From Deltaproteobacteria bacterium (GTDB taxonomy: Bacteria > Desulfobacterota > Syntrophia > Syntrophales > UBA8958), in assembly GCA_029561465.1 (NCBI GenBank), contig JAKQIZ010000078.1, positions 6,638-70,637 of the forward strand: 64,000 bases of DNA. The letters run 5' to 3'. Position numbers and translations under genes: made by a program. This document shows, piece after piece, positions 53,412 to 62,550 of the stretch (its first letter is position 1; every line of letters starts with the position of its first letter). The notes under the pieces are model-generated. The model made no database searches. It had not been told where the DNA came from and saw only the letters and a list, made by a program, of their open reading frames with translations.

Positions 53412-54905
53412 TCATGGATTCCGGGTCGAGCAGCTCTCCCGCTGCCGCTCGTAGGCGTCTATCCGCCGCAGATCCAGATTCACCATGAGCTCCCGCAGGC
53501 CCAGGAGTTCCACCGCGTTGAACCGGCTGGAAATGACCGCCGTGATCTTCGTCGCGTCGCCCAAATCGAGGAGAAAATCTTCGAGCCGGTGGTCATACTG
53601 GGCCAGGATCTTCTCCTTGAAGAGGGAATACCATTCCGAACCGGGATAAGGGGTGGCGAAAAAGGGATAGGCCCGAATCCCCAGTTTCTTCCAGGCGACG
53701 ACATTGCCCCGGATACTGTCAAAGGACTCCTCGGGAAAACCGATGATCTGGTTCGGGATAGGCCTGATCCCCGCCTTCATCGTCTCGATCACGGCCTGGG
53801 CATTGAGCTTGGCCGTACTCCCCTTGTCGATGGAGGTCAGGATGGCGTCGGAAAAAGATTCCAGGCCGTAGTCGAGATGGGCGCAGCCCAGTTCCTTGAA
53901 TCCGCGCAGCAACTCCGGGGTTACCACCGCCGGATGGGCCGTTGTACCCCAGTGAATGCCCCCGCAGGTCTCCGGATCATGATCCCGGCGCTCCGTGATG
54001 CAGCGGGGCCGCAGCCCCGCCCGGACCCAGAGGGCGCGGAAGGTGTCGAACCATTTTTTCCTCTTGGCCAGGACGGCGAAATTTTCATCCAGAAAGGAAA
54101 CGAAATCGATGCCGAATCTCTTCTTGGCCTCCGCGACCATCGCCACGACGTACTCCGGCGAATGGGCCCGCACCTTCCGCTTGGAGGTGAGACACAGCCG
54201 CCGTCCCGCCGGTCCTTCCACAATCTCGATCTCCCCGCTCAAGCCGAGATGGAAACAGTACTTGCACCGGTAGGGACAGCCGTAGCTGGCGATCACGCCG
54301 AGATGGCGCTTCGCCAGCATGGCCTCCTCGCTCAGCAACAAGCCGCTGTTGCGGAAGTAGATGTCCAGGGGAAACAGGTCCCAGGCGGGAAAGGGCAGCG
54401 TGTCCACCTCCTCCAGGAGGGGCCGGCCGGCCGTCAACTGGCAAACGCCGTCCCGGTCTCTATAAATGAGGCCGGGAATCTCATGCCAGTCTTCCTCGGC
54501 GGCATCGACCCGGGCCAACACGTCCGGCAAGGTGACATATCCCTCCCCGATCACCCCCAGATCGATTTCGGGAAGCAAGGCCATCACCTCATGCGGGATC
54601 GGGGTGAGGAAACCGCCGCCGGCGACCGTCAGGGCCTGGGGACAGGCCTTTTTCACGTACCGCAACACCTTCTTGACGAAGCCGTAGGTGGTGACGAGGC
54701 CGCCGATGGCAACCACCCGCCATTCATCCGCCTTCAGTACCGCGAGGATTTCGTCGTCCGTCGGACGCCAGGCATTGGCATCGAATACCTGCACCTGATG
54801 CCCCGCCCGGACGCAAATGGCAACCAGTTGCGCCATCCCGAAAGGGACATGGGCGGGTTTTTCGTTTTCCCGAATCACGGGATTGATAAAGAGAATCTTC
54901 GCCAT
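53412..54905 (-). CDS. B12-binding-domain radical SAM enzyme (class B)
   Basis: N-terminal Rossmann-like region (VQVFDANA...VVAIGGLVTT...VAGG). CPYRCKYC (CX3CX2C). Confidence 0.85.
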   Translation of the reverse strand: MAKILFINPVIRENEKPAHVPFGMAQLVAICVRAGHQVQVFDANAWRPTDDEILAVLKADEWRVVAIGGLVTTYGFVKKVLRYVKKACPQALTVAGGGFLTPIPHEVMALLPEIDLGVIGEGYVTLPDVLARVDAAEEDWHEIPGLIYRDRDGVCQLTAGRPLLEEVDTLPFPAWDLFPLDIYFRNSGLLLSEEAMLAKRHLGVIASYGCPYRCKYCFHLGLSGEIEIVEGPAGRRLCLTSKRKVRAHSPEYVVAMVAEAKKRFGIDFVSFLDENFAVLAKRKKWFDTFRALWVRAGLRPRCITERRDHDPETCGGIHWGTTAHPAVVTPELLRGFKELGCAHLDYGLESFSDAILTSIDKGSTAKLNAQAVIETMKAGIRPIPNQIIGFPEESFDSIRGNVVAWKKLGIRAYPFFATPYPGSEWYSLFKEKILAQYDHRLEDFLLDLGDATKITAVISSRFNAVELLGLRELMVNLDLRRIDAYERQRESCSTRNP

Positions 54906-54907
54906 GA

Positions 54908-55954
54908 TTATGTGGTCCTGGTTGCTGCGGAGTAGTCCCGACCGTCGTGAAAAAGCGACAGGATCTCGACCAGAGGCCGGAATTCTATCCCCGGGCCGAA
55001 CAGTATCCCCCCTTCCGTACAGTTGAACGTCGGGGCCGGCGCCATCTGGACCAGCTTGAGAAAGATCTGGGCGTACCAGTAATAGCCCGGATCCGTAAGC
55101 CAGGTTTCCCGGAGGTGGGGATTGTAGATATTGACCAGCCCCCGGGCGGGGTCATCGGGGAAAATTTCCTTTAAATGCTCATAGTACTGGGTGTTTTCCG
55201 GTTTCGTCCCCGGCGGATAGGAACAGTCCATCCCCACGACGGCCACCGCGGCGCTCCGGAGGATGGATTGCGCGAAGACCCAGGCGGAAGTGCCGACGTT
55301 TCCCCCCGTCACCATGCAGGAAACCTTGTTCAGGCGGAAAACCGTCCGGGAAACGCTGTCCGGTCGGTCATAATCGTCATAGAGAGGATTCCACCAATAA
55401 AGTTCCATCCCGGCGGCACGGCATCGTTGCGCGATCTCGGGAGAGGAGCTGGTGGCGATGATCAGCTTTATCCGGGACGCGTAACGGTTCACCAGGGCGA
55501 TCATTTCCTCGTTTTTCCGTTCTTCGTCCTTATGGAGGGCGGGATCGAGGTCCTGACGGCGAAAATAATCGTCGGCGGGGCGTTCCGTCAAGCGGGGATC
55601 GCCGAACCAGCGAATGATCCGATGCGGGTCGGGATCGACGGTGAGGACATACTCGGGGATCAGCCCGTTACGGAGACAATGCCCCAAGGCCCCGTCGGCG
55701 CATACGATGGGTCCTTCAAAACCGCGGTCCTTGATCTTCCCGATCGAATTCCGTTTGTGGAGGCTGGGGCCCGCCGAGATGACCAGGGCGGGCCGGCGGG
55801 GCGCCGGCGCCAATTCCGCCTGCAAGTCCCGGATGGTCTTTTGCAGATAGGGAAGGTTCGCCCGGGCATGCTCCAGACCCCGGGCCGCCGTCTTCCTCAG
55901 GGTGGCCTCGGAAAGGAGACGGAACTGTTCTTCACTTAACGTCATCGTCGCCAT
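54908..55954 (-). CDS. DUF115 / Maf (motility-accessory-factor)-like protein, putative nonulosonic-acid transferase
   Basis: PALVISAGPSLHK ... IVCADGALGHCLRNGLIPEYVLTVDPD matches the DUF115 core. Start is uncertain (ATG 55954 or 55945; the ORF-track start 55984 is TTG). Confidence 0.7.
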   Translation of the reverse strand: MATMTLSEEQFRLLSEATLRKTAARGLEHARANLPYLQKTIRDLQAELAPAPRRPALVISAGPSLHKRNSIGKIKDRGFEGPIVCADGALGHCLRNGLIPEYVLTVDPDPHRIIRWFGDPRLTERPADDYFRRQDLDPALHKDEERKNEEMIALVNRYASRIKLIIATSSSPEIAQRCRAAGMELYWWNPLYDDYDRPDSVSRTVFRLNKVSCMVTGGNVGTSAWVFAQSILRSAAVAVVGMDCSYPPGTKPENTQYYEHLKEIFPDDPARGLVNIYNPHLRETWLTDPGYYWYAQIFLKLVQMAPAPTFNCTEGGILFGPGIEFRPLVEILSLFHDGRDYSAATRTT

Positions 55955-56117
55955 CCCAGACGAATTGATCCGCCTTGACCACAAAGGCGATGCTGCCGCC
56001 CAGTTTTTCCAGGGCCTTGCTTTCGAACACCTTGGTAAAATCGTTGTTCGCCGCCGCGGCGGTTTCGTTGTCTTCCTTGCGGTCTATTTCATAATTTCCC
56101 TTCAGCAGCTTACTCAT
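55932..56117 (-). CDS. small acidic hypothetical protein (61 aa)
   Basis: ATG preceded by AAGGAG with a 6-nt spacer. Overlaps the upstream stop by 8 nt and the downstream start. The composition does not look like a GC-rich shadow ORF. Confidence 0.55.
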   Translation of the reverse strand: MSKLLKGNYEIDRKEDNETAAAANNDFTKVFESKALEKLGGSIAFVVKADQFVWDGDDDVK

Positions 56118-56829
56118 GGATCACTCCTTTGGTGAGCAAAAACTCGGCAAATAAAAAGTCTATCGGTTCGTCGATGTCCACGGACCGTTCCGCCGGCATG
56201 ACACTCACCCCGGTCTTGTCGGCAATAATGACCCCCTCGTCAAAAAGGGTATCCCGCCGGGTGGCATAGACGGCGCCGTTGGGAATGACGAGTTCCGACA
56301 AGGATTGAAAGATCCCCCGCTCCCCCTTCATGGCCCCCGCCAGAAGCAGTTCCGCCCGCTGGTTTTCCCGCCGGCGGAACATCCATTCCGGTCGTTCGGT
56401 AACCGTTTTTGCGGTGAAGGACGATTTCAGTTCCTTGTCCGCCAAAAGAACCTCGATACAGGCGTCGATATCCGCGCCGGTACAAAACGGCGTGGTGGGC
56501 TGCATGGTGACGGCGATATCGACCGGCCGGCCTTCCTGGGACTCGATAAATTCCACGGCATGCCGGCTGACCCATTCCGACGGGCAGTCCTCCGCCAGGT
56601 GGGCCGGCCGGGTAAAGGGGACCTCCGCGCCGTAGCGCCGGGAAATGCTCCGGATCTCGTCGTGATCGGTGGAAACGATGACCCGGCGCAGATGCCGACT
56701 GGCCAGGGCGGCCTTGATCAGGTAGGCGATCAAAGGTTCCTCCCCCAGTAATTTTATGTTTTTCAAGGGGATGCGCTTCGACCCCCCCCGGGCGTGGATG
56801 ATACCGACAATATTTAAATCGTTTTCCAT
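56110..56829 (-). CDS. neuA: CMP-nonulosonic acid synthetase (acylneuraminate cytidylyltransferase, NeuA/LegF-like)
   Basis: VGIIHARGGSKRIPLKNI N-terminal motif. 239 aa. Confidence 0.85.
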   Translation of the reverse strand: MENDLNIVGIIHARGGSKRIPLKNIKLLGEEPLIAYLIKAALASRHLRRVIVSTDHDEIRSISRRYGAEVPFTRPAHLAEDCPSEWVSRHAVEFIESQEGRPVDIAVTMQPTTPFCTGADIDACIEVLLADKELKSSFTAKTVTERPEWMFRRRENQRAELLLAGAMKGERGIFQSLSELVIPNGAVYATRRDTLFDEGVIIADKTGVSVMPAERSVDIDEPIDFLFAEFLLTKGVIHE

Positions 56830-56833
56830 AGCT

Positions 56834-58204
56834 TCACCATTTGTACGGGATCGTAAAGTCCCCTGTTGCCGCCCGTAAGTCCTCCAGATTCATAAAAACC
56901 TTGCGGAAGGCGACGGCCACCTCCTCCATATCCGCGGCCGTATTGGGGCGGTGGATATGATAAAACCAGAGGAAGCGCCGGCGCAGCAACGCTTCGCCCA
57001 CGGGGCACTGCCCGGGAAGGTAGCGGCGCTCCCGGCCGTAGAGATGGCAGGACCAGGGGCAGCCGTGCTTGCCGTAGGCGATCTTCCTCAGGAAAAGGGG
57101 ATTTTCATACATGAGCCGGAGATAACCCGAGCCCACCGGGATGCCTTCCGCCCGCAACGCCGCCAGGACCTTCTGCCGGGGAACGCCCGTGGCCGCTTCG
57201 TCATAAAGCATGGGAAAGACGTGGGGCACCGTCCCCGGCGGGATATCCGGCCTGGTCAGTCCGGGCAGGTCCGGGAGGCGATCCCGGAGCAAGAGGGCGT
57301 TTTCCGTCCGGATTCGGTTGTTCTCCGCAAGCTTGGCGAGTTGCGCCCGCCCCAGGGCCGCCGTCAGTTCCGTCATCCGGAAGTTGAGGCCCACAAGATT
57401 GGTCAGGGATTCGTCATCCCAGGTCTCGTCGGGGATACCTTCCCCGTGATTCCGGATCAACCGGGCCTTTTTGGCCAGCGCCGGATCATTGGTCACGATC
57501 ATCCCGCCCTCACCGGTCATCATGTTTTTCGTCTCCTGAAAGCTGAAGACGCCCATATCGCCCAGGGTGCCCACCCAGCGGCGCCGGTAGGTCGTTCCCG
57601 GCGCCTGGGCGGCGTCTTCCACGACCTTCAGGCCATGCCTCCCGGCTATGGCCAGCAGGGCATCCATATCCGCGGCGTTGCCCAGGAGATGGACCACCAG
57701 GATCGCCTTCGTCCGGGGGGTGATCGCCCGCTCCACCGCCTCGGGGTCCAGACAAAACGTCCGTGCATCCACATCGACAAACACCGGCACGGCATTGAAC
57801 AGCAGGATGCTCATCGCCGTGGCGTTGAAGGACATGCACGTCGTGATCACCTCGTCACCCGGACCGATCCCCGCCGCTCCCAGGGCGGCGGCCAGCCCCG
57901 AGGTGGCGGCGTTGACGGAAATTGCGTAGGTCACGCCGAATCGAGCGGCGAATTCCGCCTCGAAGCGCCGGACCGTCCTCCCCCCGAGAAAACTGAAATA
58001 CTGCCCTTCCAGGTCGGCTGCCGCCGCCGAGGGCATCACGAGGAGCTTGTCGATATCCGGCGTGGGGCTGCCCATGAAACGGGAAAACTCCTCCCTTTTG
58101 AGGACGTTCCGCAGCTCTTCCCATTCCCGGTCGTCGATGACCACGGAACTGCGAAAGGGGGTGCGACGCACCGGCGTTCCCCCTAATAATGCCAATTCAC
58201 TCAT
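56834..58204 (-). CDS. DegT-family aminotransferase, long (~456-aa) subtype
   Basis: LALLGGTPVRR start, VVEDAAQAPG, FSFQETKNMMTGEGG (Lys). Paralogous by eye to 42843..44144. Confidence 0.85.
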   Translation of the reverse strand: MSELALLGGTPVRRTPFRSSVVIDDREWEELRNVLKREEFSRFMGSPTPDIDKLLVMPSAAAADLEGQYFSFLGGRTVRRFEAEFAARFGVTYAISVNAATSGLAAALGAAGIGPGDEVITTCMSFNATAMSILLFNAVPVFVDVDARTFCLDPEAVERAITPRTKAILVVHLLGNAADMDALLAIAGRHGLKVVEDAAQAPGTTYRRRWVGTLGDMGVFSFQETKNMMTGEGGMIVTNDPALAKKARLIRNHGEGIPDETWDDESLTNLVGLNFRMTELTAALGRAQLAKLAENNRIRTENALLLRDRLPDLPGLTRPDIPPGTVPHVFPMLYDEAATGVPRQKVLAALRAEGIPVGSGYLRLMYENPLFLRKIAYGKHGCPWSCHLYGRERRYLPGQCPVGEALLRRRFLWFYHIHRPNTAADMEEVAVAFRKVFMNLEDLRAATGDFTIPYKW

Positions 58205-58266
58205 AATTCCCCTTTCTATACCTTTGAAAACAGGCTTCGCCGCGGCTCAGAAATCTTTTTCCTTTC

Positions 58267-59274
58267 CTATCCTTCGACGGCGACCGGCCGGCCGTGGCGC
58301 CGCGCCGAGGCTGCCAGGGCTGCCGCGAGACGGAGGGCCACCAGACCGTCGGCGCCGGTGCAGTTCACCTTGTCCTTCCGGCCGCCGATGACCATCGCCA
58401 TGTCCGTCACCGCCTCCACCAGTCTATCCCGCTCCGGGGGCGCGGGCAATTCCCGCCGCCGCAGCACCTCGTAGCCGTCATATTGGTCGCTGTGGACAAA
58501 GGCGGCGCCCTCCAGGGACTCCCCGTTGTCCGAGATCCTGACCCGGCCGCGCGCACCGATAAAATCCAGTTCAAAGACGAGGAGCTCCCGCCGGCCCAGG
58601 GCGTTTATCGTGCAAACCGTGCCGTCATCGAGGCGCAACCAGCCGCTGAGATGGGGGTCGTCGCCCCCGCCGGGCAACGCCACCCCGGACACGCACACCG
58701 GCGCCCGACCGGTGATCATGCAGACCACATCCATCAGATGGGTGCCGATATTGAACACCTGCCCGGGGTAAACGGCATGCACAGCCCGGATCGCCCCCAG
58801 TTCTCCCCGACGCACCAGCTCCTGGACGCGGAGGAATCCGGGGTCCCACCGGCGGGTGTGATTGACGGCCAGGACGATCCCGTGCGCCGCGGCGGCGCGG
58901 ACCATTTCCAGCCCCTCCGCCGCGTTTGCCGCCAGGGGTTTCTCACAGAAAACCCCCCGCAGCGGGTAGACCAGCAATTCCTTCAGCAGGGGATAATGGC
59001 TCTCCGTGGGGGTGCAGATGGAAACGATCTCGGGCCGGCATGCGGTCATCAAACGGCCGATATCATCATATACCGGCACGGCCGGGTAATGTTTCCGAAA
59101 GAGATCGGCCTTGTTGCCATCCAGTTCCACAGCGCCCACCAGCTCCGTCTCCGGGCTGCGGGTGTAGGCCGCCGCGTGGCTCCAGGTTCCCCGCCGCCGG
59201 CTCTGGAGGTCGAAGCGGAAACCGATGTTGCCCAAACCGATGATGGCCGCCCGCCGGGGTTGTTCACAGGTCAT
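58267..59274 (-). CDS. Gfo/Idh/MocA-family NAD(P) oxidoreductase
   Basis: AAIIGLGNIG Rossmann motif and FCEKP. Paralogous by eye to 44129..45127. Confidence 0.85.
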   Translation of the reverse strand: MTCEQPRRAAIIGLGNIGFRFDLQSRRRGTWSHAAAYTRSPETELVGAVELDGNKADLFRKHYPAVPVYDDIGRLMTACRPEIVSICTPTESHYPLLKELLVYPLRGVFCEKPLAANAAEGLEMVRAAAAHGIVLAVNHTRRWDPGFLRVQELVRRGELGAIRAVHAVYPGQVFNIGTHLMDVVCMITGRAPVCVSGVALPGGGDDPHLSGWLRLDDGTVCTINALGRRELLVFELDFIGARGRVRISDNGESLEGAAFVHSDQYDGYEVLRRRELPAPPERDRLVEAVTDMAMVIGGRKDKVNCTGADGLVALRLAAALAASARRHGRPVAVEG

Positions 59275-60334
59275 AGTCGCGGATCGCCTTTTTGTACTGA
59301 TCCCACTGGCCGATGTCCAGCCAGCCGGAATGGATGGGATATACCGACACCTTTTCCCCGGCGGCGATCATCTTCCCGATCAGGCCGTCCATATGCACCT
59401 CTTCACCAGCGGGGATATAATCGATCGCCCGGGGCTCCAGGACGTAGATACCGGTATTGATTATCGTATCGTGGCTCGGCTTCTCCAGGATCCTCCGCAG
59501 CCGCCCCTCCCCCAACTCCAGAACGCCGAAGTGTATCTTCACCTCGTGGTAGCAGCCGATCACCGTCATGATCGCCCCCTGGTCACGATGCCAGGCCAGC
59601 ACCTCGGCGACATCCAGGTCCAGGAGGGAATCGCAATTGGCGACGACAAAGGTATCCCCCAGGTGATCCTTGAGGAGGGACAAGCTCCCTGCCGTACCGA
59701 GAAACTCCGGCTCATCGATCCAGTCTACCCCGTAGGGCAGTTCCGCCTCCTGGAGAAAGACCTTTATATACTCCTTTTTGTAGTTGAGGGTCAGGATGAA
59801 ATGCTGAAAGCCCCAGCGGTGGAACTGGTCCATGATCATCTCGACCACGGTCTTCTTGCCGATGGGAATCAACGGTTTGGGGAAAATCCTCGTAAACGGG
59901 TCCATGCGGGTGCCCTTGCCCCCCGCCATAATGACCACGCGGTTCTCATGGCGGGAAACCGGGACGTCGGCGCCTTTCTTCTCCAGGATGTCGGTCCACA
60001 GGATCACGTCCCGGACCGCCCCGTCCTCGTCAAGCACCGGCAATTGCTCGATCTCCCGGGCGATCATCAGTTCTTTCGCCGCGGCGAGCAGGGCGGGCGC
60101 ACCCCGGGTAAGGAAGGCGAATTTGCGGTACATGATCTTCGCCACCGGATCGGAAAAACCGTTGCCGCCGATGATCGCCCGCCGGATATCGCCATCGGTC
60201 ACCGTGCCCACCAGCCGCTGCCGTCCGTCGATGACAAAGAGGATCTTCTGTGCCGATTCGTTGAGTTTCTGCATCGCCTCCTTGATCGTCAGCTCGGGAG
60301 GCACGAGGAGTGATTGCAATTTATTCTGTTCCAT
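59264..60334 (-). CDS. CBS-domain sugar-phosphate nucleotidyltransferase (PtmE-like)
   Basis: Tandem CBS-like N-terminus, then VIMAGGKGTRMDPFTRIFPKPLIPIG (G-x-G-T-R nucleotidyltransferase motif). Confidence 0.85.
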   Translation of the reverse strand: MEQNKLQSLLVPPELTIKEAMQKLNESAQKILFVIDGRQRLVGTVTDGDIRRAIIGGNGFSDPVAKIMYRKFAFLTRGAPALLAAAKELMIAREIEQLPVLDEDGAVRDVILWTDILEKKGADVPVSRHENRVVIMAGGKGTRMDPFTRIFPKPLIPIGKKTVVEMIMDQFHRWGFQHFILTLNYKKEYIKVFLQEAELPYGVDWIDEPEFLGTAGSLSLLKDHLGDTFVVANCDSLLDLDVAEVLAWHRDQGAIMTVIGCYHEVKIHFGVLELGEGRLRRILEKPSHDTIINTGIYVLEPRAIDYIPAGEEVHMDGLIGKMIAAGEKVSVYPIHSGWLDIGQWDQYKKAIRDYDL

Positions 60335-61499
60335 CCGCCCCTTCGTAAAACCTCTTCTTCAACAATTGTTTGTCCAGGGGAACCGTCTTGAGGGCCTCCT
60401 TGATCTTCCCGCTCGCATCGCCATGACCGTAGGGGTTTTCCATCGTCTCGATACTCGCTGCGAAAGCCGCCGATCTGGCACTGCCGATCCCCGCCGCTAT
60501 CGCGGCGACGGTGCAGCGGGGTACGTCAATGACGTTGGCGGCCCGCTCTCTCCCCTCCTGCCGGGCGCCGATATTCACCACCGGCAGCCGGAAGGAGGGC
60601 GCTTCAATAAGGCCGCTCGATGAATTGCCCACCATTACCAGGGAATTTTTCAATAGGGAGAGATAGTACAACTGCCCCAAAGAGGCAAAGAGGGTGCCGA
60701 CCTCCGGCCGCCGCTCCAGGTACTCCCTGATCATCCCGCCCAGTTCCCGGCCCCCTTGGTCGGCATTGGGAAGGGTAAATAGCCAATATATGTCATCAAA
60801 ACCACTTACAGCCGTCAAGACGGCGTTTATTTGCTCCGCTGCCGGTTCCACGCCCCGGGTCTCGGGGTGATAGGTCACCACGCCTAAATTCCGCCTGGCC
60901 GTGGTCAATCCCAGCTCCTCCCGTAAGGCGGCGGCCGTAAGGAGGGGCAGTCTCCCGATGTTGTCCAGTCCCGGCGCCCCATAACAGAAGACCCGGTCCG
61001 GCGCCTCGCCCATCTGGATTATCCGCCGCCGGTACCGGGGCGTCGCGGCAAAGTGGAGAAAACTCAGTTTCGTGATGGCATGGCGGAAATACTCATCGAT
61101 GGCCCCTTCCGTCGCCTCCCCGCCGTGGATATGCGCCACCGGAATCGCCAGGGGCAGGGCGGCCGCCGCCGCGGCAAAGATCTCGAAGCGGTCGCCGAGG
61201 AGGACGATCAGCTCCGGCTGGAGCCTTTGGTATGCCTTGGCCAAGCCGATCAGGCCCAAACCCATGGAAATGGCCACGGCCGCGTCGGAATCGGCGGACA
61301 GCAGCATCTCCACTCTTTCGGCGATGGGAAAGCCATCCCTTTCGATCACCTTTACGGTCATCCCGAATTCCGGCGCCAGATGCATCCCGGTGACGATCAA
61401 TTGCAGCTCCAGGTCGACATCTTCCTGGATCTCCTTCATGAGCCAGTACAACAGGCCGTATTCCGCCCGTGATCCGGTCACGACCGCTATTCTACGCAT
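60321..61499 (-). CDS. neuC: hydrolysing UDP/GDP-N-acetylhexosamine 2-epimerase (NeuC/LegG-like)
   Basis: MRRIAVVTGSRAEYGLLYWLM start and HIHGGE. 392 aa. Confidence 0.9.
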   Translation of the reverse strand: MRRIAVVTGSRAEYGLLYWLMKEIQEDVDLELQLIVTGMHLAPEFGMTVKVIERDGFPIAERVEMLLSADSDAAVAISMGLGLIGLAKAYQRLQPELIVLLGDRFEIFAAAAAALPLAIPVAHIHGGEATEGAIDEYFRHAITKLSFLHFAATPRYRRRIIQMGEAPDRVFCYGAPGLDNIGRLPLLTAAALREELGLTTARRNLGVVTYHPETRGVEPAAEQINAVLTAVSGFDDIYWLFTLPNADQGGRELGGMIREYLERRPEVGTLFASLGQLYYLSLLKNSLVMVGNSSSGLIEAPSFRLPVVNIGARQEGRERAANVIDVPRCTVAAIAAGIGSARSAAFAASIETMENPYGHGDASGKIKEALKTVPLDKQLLKKRFYEGADGTE

Positions 61500-62550
61500 T
61501 TTTCAGATCCTCCCAGGACAGGTGCGCATCCTTCTGCAGATCCCGGACGGCCCGCATGCCGAGGACAATCGCACGGAATTCACCGGCAATGCCCTTTCCA
61601 GGCCGCTTGAGGGACAGATCCGGAAGGGCGATCTTTTCGCCCGCCCGGATATCCCTGGTCAACACCAGGCTCCTCCGGACGATGTCCCGGTAGGGGAGTT
61701 CCGACGGCGCCGGTTTTTTGATCCCGTCCCCCAGCCCCGCCTCGACGTTTCTGACCGCCCGGACCAGGGCGGCGAACTCGGCGGGCTCCAGGGAGGCCCG
61801 GTGATCCGGACCCGCCATCTCCCGGCTCAAGGTGAGGTGCTTCTCGATAACCACGGCGCCCAAGGCGACGGCCGCCACGGCCATCTCCATCCCCGGCGTG
61901 TGGTCGGAGTAGCCGACCGGCAGGTGGAAGGCCTCCTTCATGGTCTGCATGGCGCGGAGGTTGACCGCCGCTGGCGCGGCGGGATAGTTGGTCACGCAGT
62001 GCAGCAGGACCAGGGGATAGGGGAACGTCCGGCGGGACGGACCGGGGGGGTCCTTTGCCGCCGCCCGTGCCTCTTCCAGCCACTGGACGGCCCGGGCGAC
62101 CTCATAGAGATAAGACATCCCCGTGGAGACAACCATCGGCCTCCCCTTCCGGGCGATATGCTCGAGGAGGGGCCGGTTGGTCAGTTCCCCGGATCCGATC
62201 TTGAATATCTCCATCCCCAGCTCCGCGAGCAGGTCGGCGCTTTCCTCGTCAAAGGGGGTGGACATGAAGATGATATCTTTTTCTTGGGCATACCTCCAGA
62301 GGGCCCGATGATCATCCCGGGACAACTCCAGCTTCCTCAACATCTCGAATTGCGATTCATCGCCGCCGGTATTCTCGAGCTGGTACGCCGCCTTCGCCGC
62401 GGCGGCGGTCACGAGCTTTTCCGCCTGGAAAGTCTGAAACTTCACGGCGTCCGCCCCCGCAGCCACCGCCGCATCGATGATTTCCCGGGCCGTAGCGAGG
62501 ACGCCGTTGTGGTTGACGCCCGCTTCGGCGATAATGAAGGTACGGTTCAT
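61492..62550 (-). CDS. neuB: nonulosonic acid synthase (NeuB/LegI-like) with C-terminal SAF domain
   Basis: FIIAEAGVNHNG, ADAVKFQTF, GYSDHTPG and a SAF-like tail (RDIRAGEKI...LKRPGKGI). ATG 62550 forms an ATGA overlap. Confidence 0.9.
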   Translation of the reverse strand: MNRTFIIAEAGVNHNGVLATAREIIDAAVAAGADAVKFQTFQAEKLVTAAAAKAAYQLENTGGDESQFEMLRKLELSRDDHRALWRYAQEKDIIFMSTPFDEESADLLAELGMEIFKIGSGELTNRPLLEHIARKGRPMVVSTGMSYLYEVARAVQWLEEARAAAKDPPGPSRRTFPYPLVLLHCVTNYPAAPAAVNLRAMQTMKEAFHLPVGYSDHTPGMEMAVAAVALGAVVIEKHLTLSREMAGPDHRASLEPAEFAALVRAVRNVEAGLGDGIKKPAPSELPYRDIVRRSLVLTRDIRAGEKIALPDLSLKRPGKGIAGEFRAIVLGMRAVRDLQKDAHLSWEDLKNA

